Source of the DNA: Vitrella brassicaformis CCMP3155
Taxonomy: Eukaryota; Protista; Chromerida
Length of the DNA: 64,000 nucleotides
Direction: 5' to 3'
NCBI GenBank assembly: GCA_001179505.1
Contig: CDMY01000475.1
Span: 5,487 to 69,486, forward strand
Part shown: piece after piece, positions 26,530 to 39,652 of the stretch
Layout of the letters: each line of letters begins with the position of its first letter
Position numbering within the stretch: position 1 is the stretch's first letter
Translations under genes and position numbers: made by a program
Notes under the pieces: generated by a model
The model's input: only the letters and a program-made list of their open reading frames with translations
The model's database searches: none
Told to the model about the DNA's origin: nothing

Positions 26530-27302
26530 TCATATGGTGCGCCTCAGCACGGCCCTGGCCATGCGTCGCCTCCGCCCCCTGCCCTTGCCCTTGCCGCTGC
26601 CCCTGCCCCGCTCATTCTCTGATTTCAGCTTCTGCTCAAACACCAGCTGGGCTTGCCACACCCGGTCTGAGAATGCGCCAAGACCGCCGTTGTTGAGTCC
26701 GGCCGTCCTCGCCGCCCAGTGTGAGGGCCGGCACCAGTTGAGGACCGACGGCGCGGCCACCACACGGTCGTTGAGACCGAAAGGGATGAACGCAACTGAC
26801 GGCGATACGTCACATCACACACACACACGCACACACACACACACACGGATAAGTCCGCCTGCATGCCTTTAAAGGATAGGATTGCTGACTGGCAGTCGCT
26901 TCTTGGCTCACTCACCCGGTGCGCATCTCGAGAACGACGATATGCGATAGCCTGCAGCAACCAAGCACGGCAGTGATGGGTGGAGAACGGAAGACGGATA
27001 GACCGTCATCTCATCGTGCCGGCTTAGCCTCTTCCCCACGCACATCACATACCTCGGCTGCATCACACAGAAACACACAGAGGCATCATCCGGCAACAGA
27101 CAGTCACGCGATCATGATGCCCATTCTCCCGCCCTCCCTCCCTCCATCCGGCCATCCATCCATCCATCCATCCGTTCATTCACTCATTCGGATGTGCGTG
27201 CGCATACCTCAGCGTCACAATGCATCGGACGAGCGGAACGAGGTGATGAAGGCCGACGAGGAGGACTAACAGCAGCGCTGAGCGAGTTGCAAACACATCC
27301 AT
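26530..27302 (-). CDS. Small (133 aa) signal-peptide protein of unrecognised family, paralog 1; 4 exons including a 5-nt micro-exon
   Basis: Exons 27302-27208, 27057-27053, 26951-26916 and 26795-26530 give MDVFATRSALLLVLLVGLHHLVPLVRCIVTLSRGYRISSFSRCAPVAFIPFGLNDRVVAAPSVLNWCRP... All junctions are GT-AG. The model is supported by ungapped homology to 40627-41145. Confidence 0.8.
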
Positions 27303-27598
27303 ACATTCCATCCTGTGCATCGCATTCATCCCCCATTCCTTCTCCTTCGTTCGTACCTTTCCGCCATGGTATCACCACAGCGGCTCATTCTCGCGCCTCC
27401 ACCCATCTATCTACCATCAACGCCGTCAGATCTTGATAAGCTCGCAAATAACGACCGGGCGAAACCCTCGCTGCGGGCCAGGCGGTGTGGCCAGCTTCTC
27501 ATATAGCGGTCGTTTACCCCAACTCGCTGTTTTCGGTTTTCGTTAACCTCGCGGGGCTTACTTTCCCCTTCGACCCTCGGAGGGTGTGGTGCGCCAGG

Positions 27599-30500
27599 AT
27601 GCGTCGTGGTTCGCACCATCAGCATGATCTGTTGTCGCATGAGTACCACGAGGTGACATCTCCCGAGGCGCTGCAGCACCTCCACATCTACTGCAACGCA
27701 CTCACAAACGGACTCAAACACTTGTACACGCACGACTACACAGCTGGTAGGCTCGTGCTCGGATGGCGTCATCGCAGATCTCCCCTCCACCCATTGAAAT
27801 CCATGCGTGTGAGTGTGTGCAGCGTTGGCCTGTGTGGAGGAGGCCCAGGTGGCGGCTTATGGCCTCGGTGATGTCAAGAAGGCCGCAGCCATGGGCAAGT
27901 AAGCACCTGCAGGCAGACAGAGATAAAGGCGGATGTTTTCTCCGTCGCCCCTTCTGTCTGTGTGTCGGTGTGTCAGGTTGATGTCTGTGATATATGGCTA
28001 TAGCGGTTACGGCGGCCATGCGCGTGATGTTCTGACCGAGGTCATCGAGCAGACGGACGACCCCCTGCAGCAGACAGTCATGCTGGCGTCCCTGGCGGCC
28101 GTGGGGACCATCGAAGGCGACCTGCACACGGCACGACTGAGGCTGGAGCAGGTGAGCATCGCCTGGATGCGAAGGTCCTTTCTTCCACGTGTATGTGTAT
28201 GCCTGTTCATGTGCGTATGTATTCAGGCGTTGAAGATATCTCGGCAGGCTGGGAAGGTCCGTGAGCATATCGTGCACGTCCACACACACACGGTTCTTTT
28301 TGTGATGGGTGTCGTGTCATTGGCCAGCATCTGCTGTCGCATGCTGTGCGGAGCGGCGGTGCGGGCAGCCGACTCACGCACGAGATCGCACAGATGCCAC
28401 TTAGAGCCATCACCAAGTTAGCTTCCCACCCATCCCACCACAATGCCTGCCTCACTCTATGTGCTGTCTGTCTGTATGTCAGTGTGCTCTTCGGTGTCCC
28501 TGACATCCGCCTGGCCGTACAGGCGCTCCAGCAGCAAAAGAATGCATACAAGTCAGTACCCACTCTTGATAGATAGATAGATTGGTGGGCGGATTCACAT
28601 GTCATCCAAAGACACACGGGGGGGCGGGCTGACATTGCAGGTCAGTGAGCAGTGGCACGTCTTTGCGTCTATCGCTTGTGGAGGACCTGCTCGGCACCCT
28701 CACCCACCAGGCGGAGATGGCCCAGCGCAGCGACCACCCCCAGGGCCAACACACCACACACACCAAAGACGGAGACACATTCGGTGAGTCGGTGAGCCCG
28801 CCTCATGCACCATATCCACAACACAACACACCACAACACGTTCGTTATCTGCAGATGTCGACCGAGAGGAGGCGATGCAGCTGGCCCGTTCGCAGCGTCT
28901 GCGGTTCAACACTGAGCGACTCCACCTGCTCGCCACGGCGGCGGACACACCGGGGGCCGGACTCCGTGGCTGGGGGCCGGCAGCCCTCTTAGGCCTCACT
29001 GTGACCATCCTACAGTCACCCGAATCAGCCAGTGCAGCCAAGAACGAGCGGAAACGACTGGTGGGTACCCGACATGGCNNNNNNNNNNNNNNNNNNNNNN
29101 NNNNNNNNNNNNNNNNNNNNNNNNNNNNNNNNNNNNNNNNNNNNNNNNNNNNNNNNNNNNNNNNNNNNNNNNNNNNNNNNNNNNNNNNNNNNNNNNNNNN
29201 NNNNNNNNNNNNNNNNNNNNNNNNNNNNNNNNNNNNNNNNNNNNNNNNNNNNNNNNNNNNNNNNNNNNNNNNNNNNNNNNNNNNNNNNNNNNNNNNNNNN
29301 NNNNNNNNNNNNNNNNNNNNNNNNNNNNNNNNNNNNNNNNNNNNNNNNNNNNNNNNNNNNNNNNNNNNNNNNNNNNNNGGGGGGGGTTGGTGGGTGACCC
29401 ATGCAATGGCATGGAGGGAGGGAGGGAGGGACGGAGCAGAGCTGATGAGATGATATGCGTGTGTCCGTGCGGGTGCGGGTGCAGGAGGCCCAGGAGATGT
29501 TGGATTTCGTACGTTCGGTGGTGAAGGGCCACTACTCGGCCGAGACGGCGCCTAGGGGGAAGGGCCAGAAGGGCAGCACCAGCCCTGCTCCAGCGGCCTC
29601 GCTGGGTGACCTCACACAAGACAAACTCAGAGACCTGGTGCGCGGAACATAGCCAGACCATTCATCTCGCGTCCGAACTCTCTCTCACTCTGTGTGTGTG
29701 TGTGTGTGTGTCGCGCAGCTGCGTTGGTCTCAGATGGTTCAGACGTTCCTCAACATCATCGTGGCCTTCATCGAGAGTCCCCAGCACCAGCACCTCCCAT
29801 TCACCGCACAGTCGAGACAGAGCAGCAGCCTCTACGCATCCGTTCTCTCGGGCGAGGCCGACAAGGAGCGCGGCAGCGGCAGCGGCAGAGAGAGCCGGCC
29901 GGGCACCGCTGCTAGTGGTGCTGGTGCCGCCAGTGGTGGTGCAGAAGTCGCCATCGCTGCAGCAGACCCCCTGGCGGCCATCGGTGACACACACACACAC
30001 ACACACACAGAGACAGAGAGAGAGAGAGAGAGAGAGAGGGCACACACACAGGGAGAGAGGGAGAGAGAGCGTTTCTGTCCATCTGTCATCTCATCTGCGG
30101 TGCATCATCTTTCTGTTTGTCTTTGTCTTTGTCTGTGTGTGTTGTCAGCGTTGCGTTTGTGTCTGCGTGAGGGCCTGAAGGGTGTGCGGCACTACCGCAG
30201 CCACGTGATGGAGGCCACCAAGGCCGCTGGACAGACAGACGAGGCCGCCAAGCACCTAGCAGAGCTGGACAAGGTGAGAGAGAGAGAGAGAGAGAGAGAG
30301 AGGGACACGTTGATGCAGGCCTGTGCGTGTGTGCGTATGTGTTCAGGAGGTGGCGTTGTTAGAGTGGGCGTTGCAGCTGCTGCCGAAGCTCATCAAAGGA
30401 GGTGCAGGGGTAGGGGCCGCGGAAACAACAGCAATCGCAGCTGCAGCGATAACATGCCCCGCAACGCAAGAGCTCCAAGACAGGTCGGTGCCCAGGGAGG

Positions 30501-32664
30501 GGAAACACGTGTCCAAACGTCTCGTCTTGTGATGGGTCTGTGTGTGCGCCTAGGCTAAATGGGCTGGTGTGGGTGTCGAGCGAGCGCATTGCTAAGCACC
30601 TGGACCTGGCCAAGGCCCTCGTCAACCAAATGCTCAACCGCCTCAAGGCCATGCTAGAGAGATCACTCTACCGGTCCGTCCGTCCGTCCGTCAGTCAGCA
30701 CGTGGCCGGCGCATCCGTCGGATGCACTCACCTTTTGTGCCGTTGCTCGGTCTGTGTATCGACAAAGCAGTGTGGGGATATCCCGTTTGTGTGCTGCCGT
30801 GAGACAGAGGCGCCGCTACCAAGTGCGGTCGCTCGGGTGCCCACTGCAACTGGTGNNNNNNNNNNNNNNNNNNNNNNNNNNNNNNNNNNNNNNNNNNNNN
30901 NNNNNNNNNNNNNNNNNNNNNNNNNNNNNNNNNNNNNNNNNNNNNNNNNNNNNNNNNNNNNNNNNNNNNNNNNNNNNNNNNNNNNNNNNNNNNNNNNNNN
31001 NNNNNNNNNNNNNNNNNNNNNNNNNNNNNNNNNNNNNNNNNNNNNNNNNNNNNNNNNNNNNNNNNNNNNNNNNNNNNNNNNNNNNNNNNNNNNNNNNNNN
31101 NNNNNNNNNNNNNNNNNNNNNNNNNNNNNNNNNNNNNNNNNNNNNNNNNNNNNNNGGGGGGGGGTCGGTCCGTCTGTCTGTCTGTCTGTCTGTGTGGGGG
31201 AGACAGATGGGCAGCAGCCATCCATCCTGTCTGTCCTCTGTCGTGTATATCAGACGCATATAGCCGTTCACGCGTTGGAGGGGGGCTTCGAAGTGCTCAA
31301 GCTGCACAGCAGAACCAACGGAGTGGTCAGTCAGTCAGACAGACCAGTCCAGGAGCCTCCGTGTCTCTGTCTGTCTGTGTGCCTGCATCGGTCGGTCGTT
31401 TGGTCCATCCATCAGGCGCCACGCTATTTCCGTGTCGAAGACGGCTTTCTCTGGTGGGTAGGCACCACAAGACAGCCGCTCCAGACCTCTCGCAATGTGT
31501 CTGTCCATTCATTTGTCTGTCTGTCACTGACTGCAGTTGGAGCAAGCACCGTGAGTACCTGTTCCAGCAGCCCCACCACCACACCCCGTCCCTCCCCCGC
31601 CCCTCACACTCGCACTTCGAATACGATACCACCGACTTCCACAGATCCCTCTCGCACCCACACATCCACACCCACACCCACCAGCAGCAGCAGCCCTCAC
31701 ACCTCTCCCCATTCACTTCGGGCAGGGGCGACCACCCCCACACACACCCGCCCCATGACGTGGGAATGGCTGTGGGGCGCTGCGGTCCGGGTGCTGCCAA
31801 GGTAGTGCTTCCACGGCGGGTGTCTCTGCAGCAGGTCTGGGGGGTGCGCTATGGGCAGCGGAGCGACAACTTCAGGACGAAAAGCGCCGCCAAGGGATGT
31901 GCACCAGAGTGAGCATGCCAGTGCACTGACTGCAGAGAGAGGGAGGAGGCTACAGATGCAGCGGATGTGTGGGGCCGGGGGTTTGGGCTTCAGGTTGTGT
32001 TTGTCGATATTTCTGAAGCCACCGGGTGACACAGCCGGACAGGCCGGGCGGAAAGGTACACACAGACGTGTCGCATGGAGACAGCAGCGTGGTGTAAAGA
32101 TGGCTGCGTATGGACTGCAGGCAAGAAGGGCGACCCCCATCCGCAGCGGCAGTCCATCGATCTGATCTTCGCCACCTTCCCCAGCCTGTTCCTCTTTGTG
32201 TGCGGCCTGCAAGTGCTCACCAAGACCGTCAACCCACACATGAGCACACTGCCGCCAGGCAGACTGCTCTGGTGTGTACCACACAACACACTCGCAGCCC
32301 GGCTGGCCTTTGTATCTATCTGCTTGTCTCGTGTGTGTGTCTGTGTGCAGGTTGCGTGTGTGGTACTCTCTGTGTCGCAGCTACCCCCACCAGCCGTCGA
32401 TGTCGTTTGTCAAGGTGCTGCTGGCCAAACAGGCGGACATGCAGCACCACACCGCTGCCGCACTGGCGCGGGTGGCAGAGGGGGCAATATGATACGATAG
32501 ATAGCGGACCTTATACGGATGGATGCGTGAGCTTGTGTGTGTGTGTGTGTGTGATGAGGGTGTGGGAGTGGGGGTGCAAAGTGATATTGAACTTCAGCAA
32601 GAAGCTGCCTGCGGTGACGTACGTATTCATTGCATCTCAACGTGCACATAACATGGGCCACTGA
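27599..32664 (+). CDS. Large hypothetical protein with TPR-like helical N-terminus and C-terminal PH domain; spans two assembly gaps
   Basis: Helical exons (LASLAAVGTIEGDLHTARLRLEQALKISRQAG). PH-like strands APRYFRVEDGFLWW, VSLQQVWGVRYGQRSDNF and QSIDLIFATFPSLFLFVCGLQVL. Exon phases were only partly verified. Confidence 0.6.
29079..29378. other. Assembly gap (300 N)
   Basis: Run of n, followed by a G run. Confidence 1.
30856..31155. other. Assembly gap (300 N)
   Basis: Run of n, followed by a G run. Confidence 1.
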
Positions 32665-33296
32665 CTGCGTCATGATGACTATCACACACACGACACAATT
32701 TGTCCGTCAACCCCACCCGCCACTCTCACGACAAGTGTACCCGCCACTTGGGCCAGACTGTGTGAGAGGTCGTCAGCGTCTGCTACGACACAGCATCCCC
32801 TGCCACCAAGTGGGGCCGAGGGTGCGGTGACGAAGCAGACACCGACGAACTCTCACACCAGACCGCGTGCACACACAATACGGCAGCACCACACCACAAC
32901 AGGGGGACATCCATGCAGCAGCCAGGCGACAAGACGACCGACCCATCAATTCGTCAGGCTCGAGGAGGATCCATCCACCGGAAAACACAGCCATCAATCC
33001 ATCCATCGGCGCACACGACGCATCACACCACACCCCAGCACCGCCCGCCATGTCACGACAACACGGCAAGGCAGGTGGATCGAACAATGAATGCTCTCAA
33101 TAAGGGTATACACACACGCCACGCCCGGCTGGGAGGCATCCTCTCGTGTCCTCTTCTCTCGTCTCCTCTCGTCACACACACGACGGCCGGAAAAAACACA
33201 ACCAGATACATATACTGGAGGAAAAAGGACGCCATGCCGTGGCGTGTGGGCGGGAGTGAGGGAGTCGGTCGGTGCCTCTCTCTCACCAATGGGGGG

Positions 33297-33333
<37 letters not shown>

Positions 33334-33604
33334 GAGAGGCATTGTGATGTATCGGTGGCCACTGATTCTTTAAGGCAGGCAGCTAGGCGAGTGAGTGTTG
33401 ATATGCACACAGAGGGACAGACAGGATTGCGGATCATAGGAGGGGATATATGGCCGCGTCATCGGCCTGTCTGTGGGAAGAAAACACGAAACTGCTGACT
33501 GAATAAAAGGGGCAGGCAGGCAGGGCACCAGGCAGCTTCGTGATCGTCAATCACCGCCGCCCTTGTCTGTCCTCCGCCCGCGAGAAATCAAAGAAAAAGT
33601 TTAG

Positions 33605-36147
33605 CTACACGGTCAGCTCCCTGCACACACACACACACACACACGTGTGTGTGTAGGTCCCATCAACATCCCTCTCCCCTCCCTCCCTGCTGCGTACCCA
33701 CCCGTGCATTGGTCTCTTGGGGTCGTTGTAGTTGACCCAGTCGCCAGCAATGGGGGCGAAGAGCAGGTCCTTGGGCACGTTGAAGCCCTCGATGTACTCG
33801 CCCATGTGCTGGCCCGTCTGGGTGATGAGGCGGTCCTGCTCGGGGGGCAGCTCGCCCACCTCCTGGGGCGTCAGCAGAGAGTTGGCCACCAGCCAAGCCG
33901 CGTCCTTGTGCAGCAGCATGTGGCCGTACAGATCCAACAACGGCAGCAACACTGATATATATATGGATGGATGGATGGATGGATGGACGACACACACAGA
34001 CAGAGACAGACACGGGCAGGTGGTGTGTGGGAGTCGGGTTGGGGGTGCTGTGAATGGAATGGTACCTGGCTGCAGTTTGCGCATCTTGGTGTCGAAAACG
34101 ACGTCAGCGAAGGCCTCGAAGCACCGCTTCTCGGCAAAGGCCTCGGCGAGCTCCTGCACCAGTCGCGCCTCCTGCCGCATCCACACCTCGAAGATCTGTC
34201 CCGAGTTGCCGCCCGTCTTGAGCATCGACGCACCCAGCGCACGCCCCTTCATCACCTCTCGCTTCGCAAGCAGCCGCGACACCCTCACCGGCCCCTCACC
34301 GGCCCCGGTGTCTGCGAGCCCCTTTCGGTTCTTCCAGCCCTTCTGCACCCCGTCGAGCAGCTCCTTGGCCACCTTCTGCCACAGCACGCGGTTGTCCCCC
34401 TCCGCCGTGATGCCTGCGTGTGCGCCTGTGATGGCCTCGCCGAAGAGATTGCAGGCGAGGTAGCCCTGCCCCCCGCACCTCTCGCGGCAGATACTGGCGG
34501 TGCGCTCGGCGTGCCACGACATCATGGGTTTGATGGCGCAGCACAGCAGCAGCACCTCGTACCGCAGGGCGTCGATCTGGTCCTTGGGGGCGGCCTTGTC
34601 CTGCCGCAGAGCGTTCAGCTGCGCGTACTTGTGCTTGCACTCGGTCATGAAGAAGGTGAGGGCGTATGTGGCGGCGACGAGGGGCATGAGGGCCTGCTGC
34701 TGCAGCTGGTACTCGGCAATGGCCGTGTCGCTCTTGCCCGTGGGGCCCACGCACAGGCGGCTCTGGGAGTAGCGGACGGCGATCGTGAGGGCCAGTTTGG
34801 TCTGGCCGAGCATCATGGAGGCGATGCACAGACGGCCGCTCAGCAGCTGGTCAGCCTGGATCACGAAACGCTGACGGCGGCCCTGCACCGTGCTCTCGAA
34901 CTTGCCGCCCTTGTGAACCGTCGACACACGATCCAACAGGTGCTCACGGGGAATGCGCACCTGACCACACACACACAGACAGACACACACGCACAGATGG
35001 ACGGCCGGGTGCGGGGATGTGTGTGGCTGGTTGGTCGTCTCACGTACGTCTTGGAAGTGGAGTTTGGCGTTGTCGACGCCGTTGTTGCCTATCTTGAATC
35101 CCATGTCCTCGATGGTGACGCCCTCACACACCCGACGGTCATTGTGGCGGATGCGGACGAGGAAGGGGTGCACCCCCTGGCTCTCGCTGCTCAGGCTGGG
35201 GATAATCAGCTGCGCGAACACCACACACCAGTGGGCGTGCTGCGCCCCGTTGGTTATCCAGTACTTCTGGCTGTCAGCCACACACAAACACAGAGGGAGA
35301 GAGAGGGAGAGAGAGAGGGAAGGCTTTCTCGTCTTGTGTGTTGACTTTGTTTGTCGTGTGTTTGTGTGTTTGCCCACCTGAGTGGCGTGGGGCAGTTGAT
35401 GATGAACTCGTCTGTGTGTGGGTCGTACGTGGCCGTCGTCTGCATCTCCACCGCATTGTTGCCGAACCCCAACTCAGTCAACGCGAAACAACCCACCTGC
35501 ACACACACACACACACACACACACAGAGCCAAACAGACAGACACGCAGTCAGTCGTCGTACGACCCCCAGCCCCCAACACTACCAATGAATTGAATGCAC
35601 TGACTGACGCACCTGATCGAACGTGTCCACATCTGGTATGATGCCATGGTGTTTGTCGGTCCCCAGCTGCAGCAGCGTGCCGCCGAAGAGGTTGAACTGC
35701 ACCGTCAGCTTGGTGGCGGTGCCGGGGTCCCCCAGAATGCCCACTGCCTCGTGCACCGTGAAGACGTTCGCCGGGTTGCGGATGAAGTCCCACACAGACA
35801 CAACGCCGCCCTCACACAGCGTCTTGAGCCGCCTGTAGGCCAACTCTGACCGACCAGTCACCAACACACAACAGAAACACGGCAGGCACTGATTCCTTCC
35901 TCTCTGCCCTGAGGTGTTGTCTTGTGCTGTGCTTGCCTCTGTGGGCGGCGAGGGCGACGTTGAATCTTGGCGTGAAGAGGTCCCTGTGCTGGCGTGCGAT
36001 TCTGAAGATGCGCTGTCTGTTGTCGTGGTTGTCTGCGTCCATGAGGTGCTGCAGCTGCTCCATCACCTCCCTGTCCGACAAGGGGGATGACGCAGAGGCC
36101 GCAGGGCTGACGCTCACGTGAGCCGCAACTATCTCCAATCGATGCAT
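33605..36147 (-). CDS. ACX: Peroxisomal acyl-CoA oxidase with N-terminal PTS2
   Basis: Motifs [55 protein letters not shown] and [12 protein letters not shown]. Starts [11 protein letters not shown] (RLx5HV). Confidence 0.95.
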
Positions 36148-36311
36148 TATCCTCAAGCAACTCACAACTTGCCGACAACGAAAGAGGAGCAGCTAAGGGC
36201 AATCCCAACAATGCAAGAAGCTAAGCTCGCAGACGTGAGGCTCTCACGGGACTCAATCTCTCTCCTTACAGCGTGTAGGAGGCGGAGTGATTATCTATCA
36301 GGTGTCAGGTG
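36148..36311. promoter_or_regulatory. Probable bidirectional promoter (ACX / proB)
   Basis: Divergent ATGs only 164 bp apart. Confidence 0.5.
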
Positions 36312-39300
36312 ATGCAGACGAACGGCGACTGCGCTGCTGCACCTGAGTCGACTGGTGCTCCGGAGGTGACCACCGAAAACGATGGAGTGCAGACCATCGA
36401 AACCGGTCCGTCACACAGAACAGAACACCACAGCAAGCCATCCACGACACGACCAAGGCACCGCATGCAATGCAGCGCATCAGATCAGATTCCCTGACCT
36501 CGTGTGTTGGTGTCCGTCTGGTTGCGTGCGTTGTGTTGCAGGTCCTCGGGGCGAGATGCTCCTCAAGATCCGGACTGACGACGGCGCGGCGGACGAGATG
36601 GCCCGCACCCTCTCGCCCTTCGCCGAGCAGTTCCCCTCGTCGACGACTACGGAGGATCTGTTGATAGTCATCAAGGTGGGCACATCGACGCTGCTCGACT
36701 CGCGCAAGAACCGCCTGTCGCTCGCCAACGTGGGCCGACTGGTCGAACTCATATGCGACCTGCGACTCAAGGGGTTTCAGGTGAGGGAGGGATGGATGCA
36801 TGGATTGATGGAATGACAGACAGGTGATCTATCTGATCGAGGCTCTATCGGCTCTCTGGGCGTGGCGTCTGCTCTGCAGGTGGTGTTGGTGTCATCGGGT
36901 GCTGTGGGGCTTGGGTGCCATCACATGCGCATGAGTCGGCCGTCAACAGTCATCGGCAAGCAGGCTGCAGCCGCCATCGGCCAGGGCAGGCTCATGGTAC
37001 GGACGGACGGACGGACAGACATCTGGATGGATGGATGGATGGGCAGTGTGGATTGCATTCTGATTCATTCTGTGGTGAGTGTGTGTCGTCCATCAGCGGA
37101 TGTACGACGACGCCTTTGCGTACCACAACCAGAAGGTGGCGCAGCTGCTGCTGGCGAGGCAGTGGTTCCTCGAGAAGGAGAACTACGCCCAGTTCCAGGC
37201 CACACTATTCGGTCAGCCCAGCCACCAGTCAGCCAGGTCTCGCGCACGGAAACATGCAATAAGGCAGACAGACAGGTGACGGACGGTTGCTGTGCTGTGT
37301 GTGGCTTGTCTATCGTCAGAGTTGCTGCGTATGGGTGTGGTGCCGATTGTCAATGAGAACGACGCATTCACAAACGACCAGATCCGATTCGGCGTGAGTG
37401 CAGGAGAGGAGGGAGCATCGCGTCTGACTGATCTGTGTGCAGAATCAGATCTGATGTGACATGCCTGTGTCTGTCTGTCTGTCTGCCTGTCTGTGTGACT
37501 GATTGTGTGTCAGGACAACGACACCCTGGCTGCCTATCTTGCCGTCACCATATCGGCACACTGGTGGGTGAGCTGGGAATTCTCACTTGCGCATGACCCA
37601 ACGAGTGATTTGTCCTTATGTTGTGTTAGGTTGTTTCTGCTTACTGACGTGGACTGCCTGTACACGGCCAACCCCCGCAGCCACAGCGACGCCAAGCCCA
37701 TCCCCTATGTGGAGAACATCGACGACCTCCACCGACTCATGACGCAGGACGACAACGCCGGCACGGCATTCGGCACCGGCGGCATGCGCACCAAGATCCT
37801 GGCCGCCCGCATTGCTGTCGCCACCGGCATACACACGGGGCTCTGCAACGGACAAGAGCCCCAGTAGGGAACGCACGCACGAGCTGGCTGGCTGGCTGGC
37901 TGGATGGATGGATGGATCTTTCTTTCTGTTGCTCTGCATGATACACAGGCGGATTCTGGACATGTTGGATTTCGCCGAGGCCCGGGCCCGCCCCCCTTCG
38001 CCCCCTTACCTGATGCTTGAGAACAAAGGCGACCAGCAGCAGCAGCAGCAGCAGTTGGAGCTGCCCGAGTTCCGGCTGCAGGTCAATGGGGAGGACGTCA
38101 GCACTCCGCAACAGAGAGACCACACCGACCCGACTGAACAGGTAGGTGAGACACAGAGAGAGAGGGAGAGCAACCAACACGCACACCCACACCCACACAC
38201 ACACACCCTTGTATGTGAGTGCAGATGTACCCCAAGTTCCACATCGAGGCCTCCGGTGCCTTCCCGGCCCTCTCCGCCTCCCCCTGCCCCTCCCCCGCCC
38301 CTCAGGTCAACGGCTACGGCCCGACCGCTGCTGCCGACTATGGAGAAGGTGAGGATGGTCTGCCTGATGAGGAAGACGAGTCGCCTCAGCGTCGGTTGCG
38401 GCTGCGGCTGCTGACCTCACCCACCAGCCTGCAGCGCAACTACCCCTTCATGGGCACCATCTTCAGGGCAGCCGAATGCAGCCAGTCTATACGCCTCAGC
38501 AGGAGATGGATACTCACTCTCCCGGTGAGCTGGGCAGACACGCAGACAGGGGGAAGGGGGACAGCTGGAGGGAGGGATGGAGGGCCTTTGTGTGGGTTGT
38601 GTCGTGTGTGGGTCAGGTGTCTGGTACGATTTACATTGATGACGGTGCGGCCAAGGCGGTGCTGCTGCAGCACAAGTCGCTCCTCGCTGTGGGGGTCCAA
38701 AAAGTGGAGGTGTGCGCGTCTGTCTGTCTGCACACGTAGACGGCCGGCTGCAAGTGTGTGTGTGTGTGGATGCATTGCATGCCTGTTCTATACTGTCCAT
38801 CAATCAGGGTCGGTTCATATCGATGGAGTCGGTGGCGCTGCGGCGGTACGATGCGCCAGAGCTCGAGGGCGACCTGGCCAGATGCCTCACCAACTTTTCG
38901 GTACGTCCGTTGGTCGGTTCGGCATACACAGACAGCACAGGTGTGTGTGTGTCAACTCAACCATGTCTGTCGGTCTCCATGTGTGTGTGGTTAGAGTGAG
39001 GAGCTGGACAAGATCAAGGGCCTGAAGTCTGAGCACCACGCAGAGGTACTGGGGTACAGTTGCGGACCGGAGGTCGCATTCAGAGACGACATCATATTCG
39101 TAAGCATGGCACACAAACACGCCGAGGTGCGTGGTACATGACGCTTGTATGTGTGATGGATGGTGTGTTGGTCACTATCAGATGAACGTTGATCCGGTAG
39201 AGGAGATCGACCAGGGCGAGACGAGCATAACGGTGCCAACCAGCGTGTCGTCGCCAGCCGTCACCGAGGACATCCAGCACCACCACTCGCCCACGGATAA

Positions 39301-39340
39301 CTTGAAACTCATCGCAGCGGCCAAGACGGGCCGGGAGTGA
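36312..39340 (+). CDS. proB: Glutamate 5-kinase with C-terminal PUA domain
   Basis: Motifs IVIKVGTSTL, VVLVSSGAV, AAAAIGQGRLM, VVPIVNENDA, FGDNDTLAA, LLTDVDCLY and FGTGGMRTKILAA. PUA-like GTIYIDDGAAKAVLLQHKSLLAVGVQKVEGRF. Confidence 0.95.
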
Positions 39341-39652
39341 GGGGGTGCACCCCATCAACATGAACTACGTACGTCCGTCTATGTGTTGTGTGTAGCGTGC
39401 GTACGTACGTGTACTAACCGTGTGCACATGTGGGGCGAATCGTTCGTTTCTCGCGTTTCTATAGATATAGACAGACATACGGGTCATTCAATGACAGACA
39501 GACAGACATGCATGGCGAGGTTTGGTGCATAGCTTGTGGATCGATTTGTGGCGTGTTTTATATATGACGGCAGGCCGACAGACTACCGACGTCATGCATG
39601 ACGGGGACACACGTACGTACAGACAGACGTCGATGCATGTCGATGCATGCAT

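Noticed and set aside
29379-31164. Poly-G runs directly after both gaps as G-quadruplex elements
   Set aside because: True length is unknown; most simply the cause of the sequencing dropout, and they lie in intron context.
28875-31805. Long ORFs spanning the N runs
   Set aside because: Artefacts of translating gaps as X.
33647-35344. Long plus-strand ORFs (e.g. 33971-35344, 457 aa) opposite the acyl-CoA oxidase
   Set aside because: Antisense shadows of GC-rich coding sequence; no motifs, and they run through intron microsatellites.
13429-36121. TCACGTGA (E-box/G-box-like) at about 13429, 18224 and 36114 as a shared promoter motif
   Set aside because: Only three hits, one inside the ACX coding sequence; CACGTG-like words are common in this CA/GT-rich DNA.
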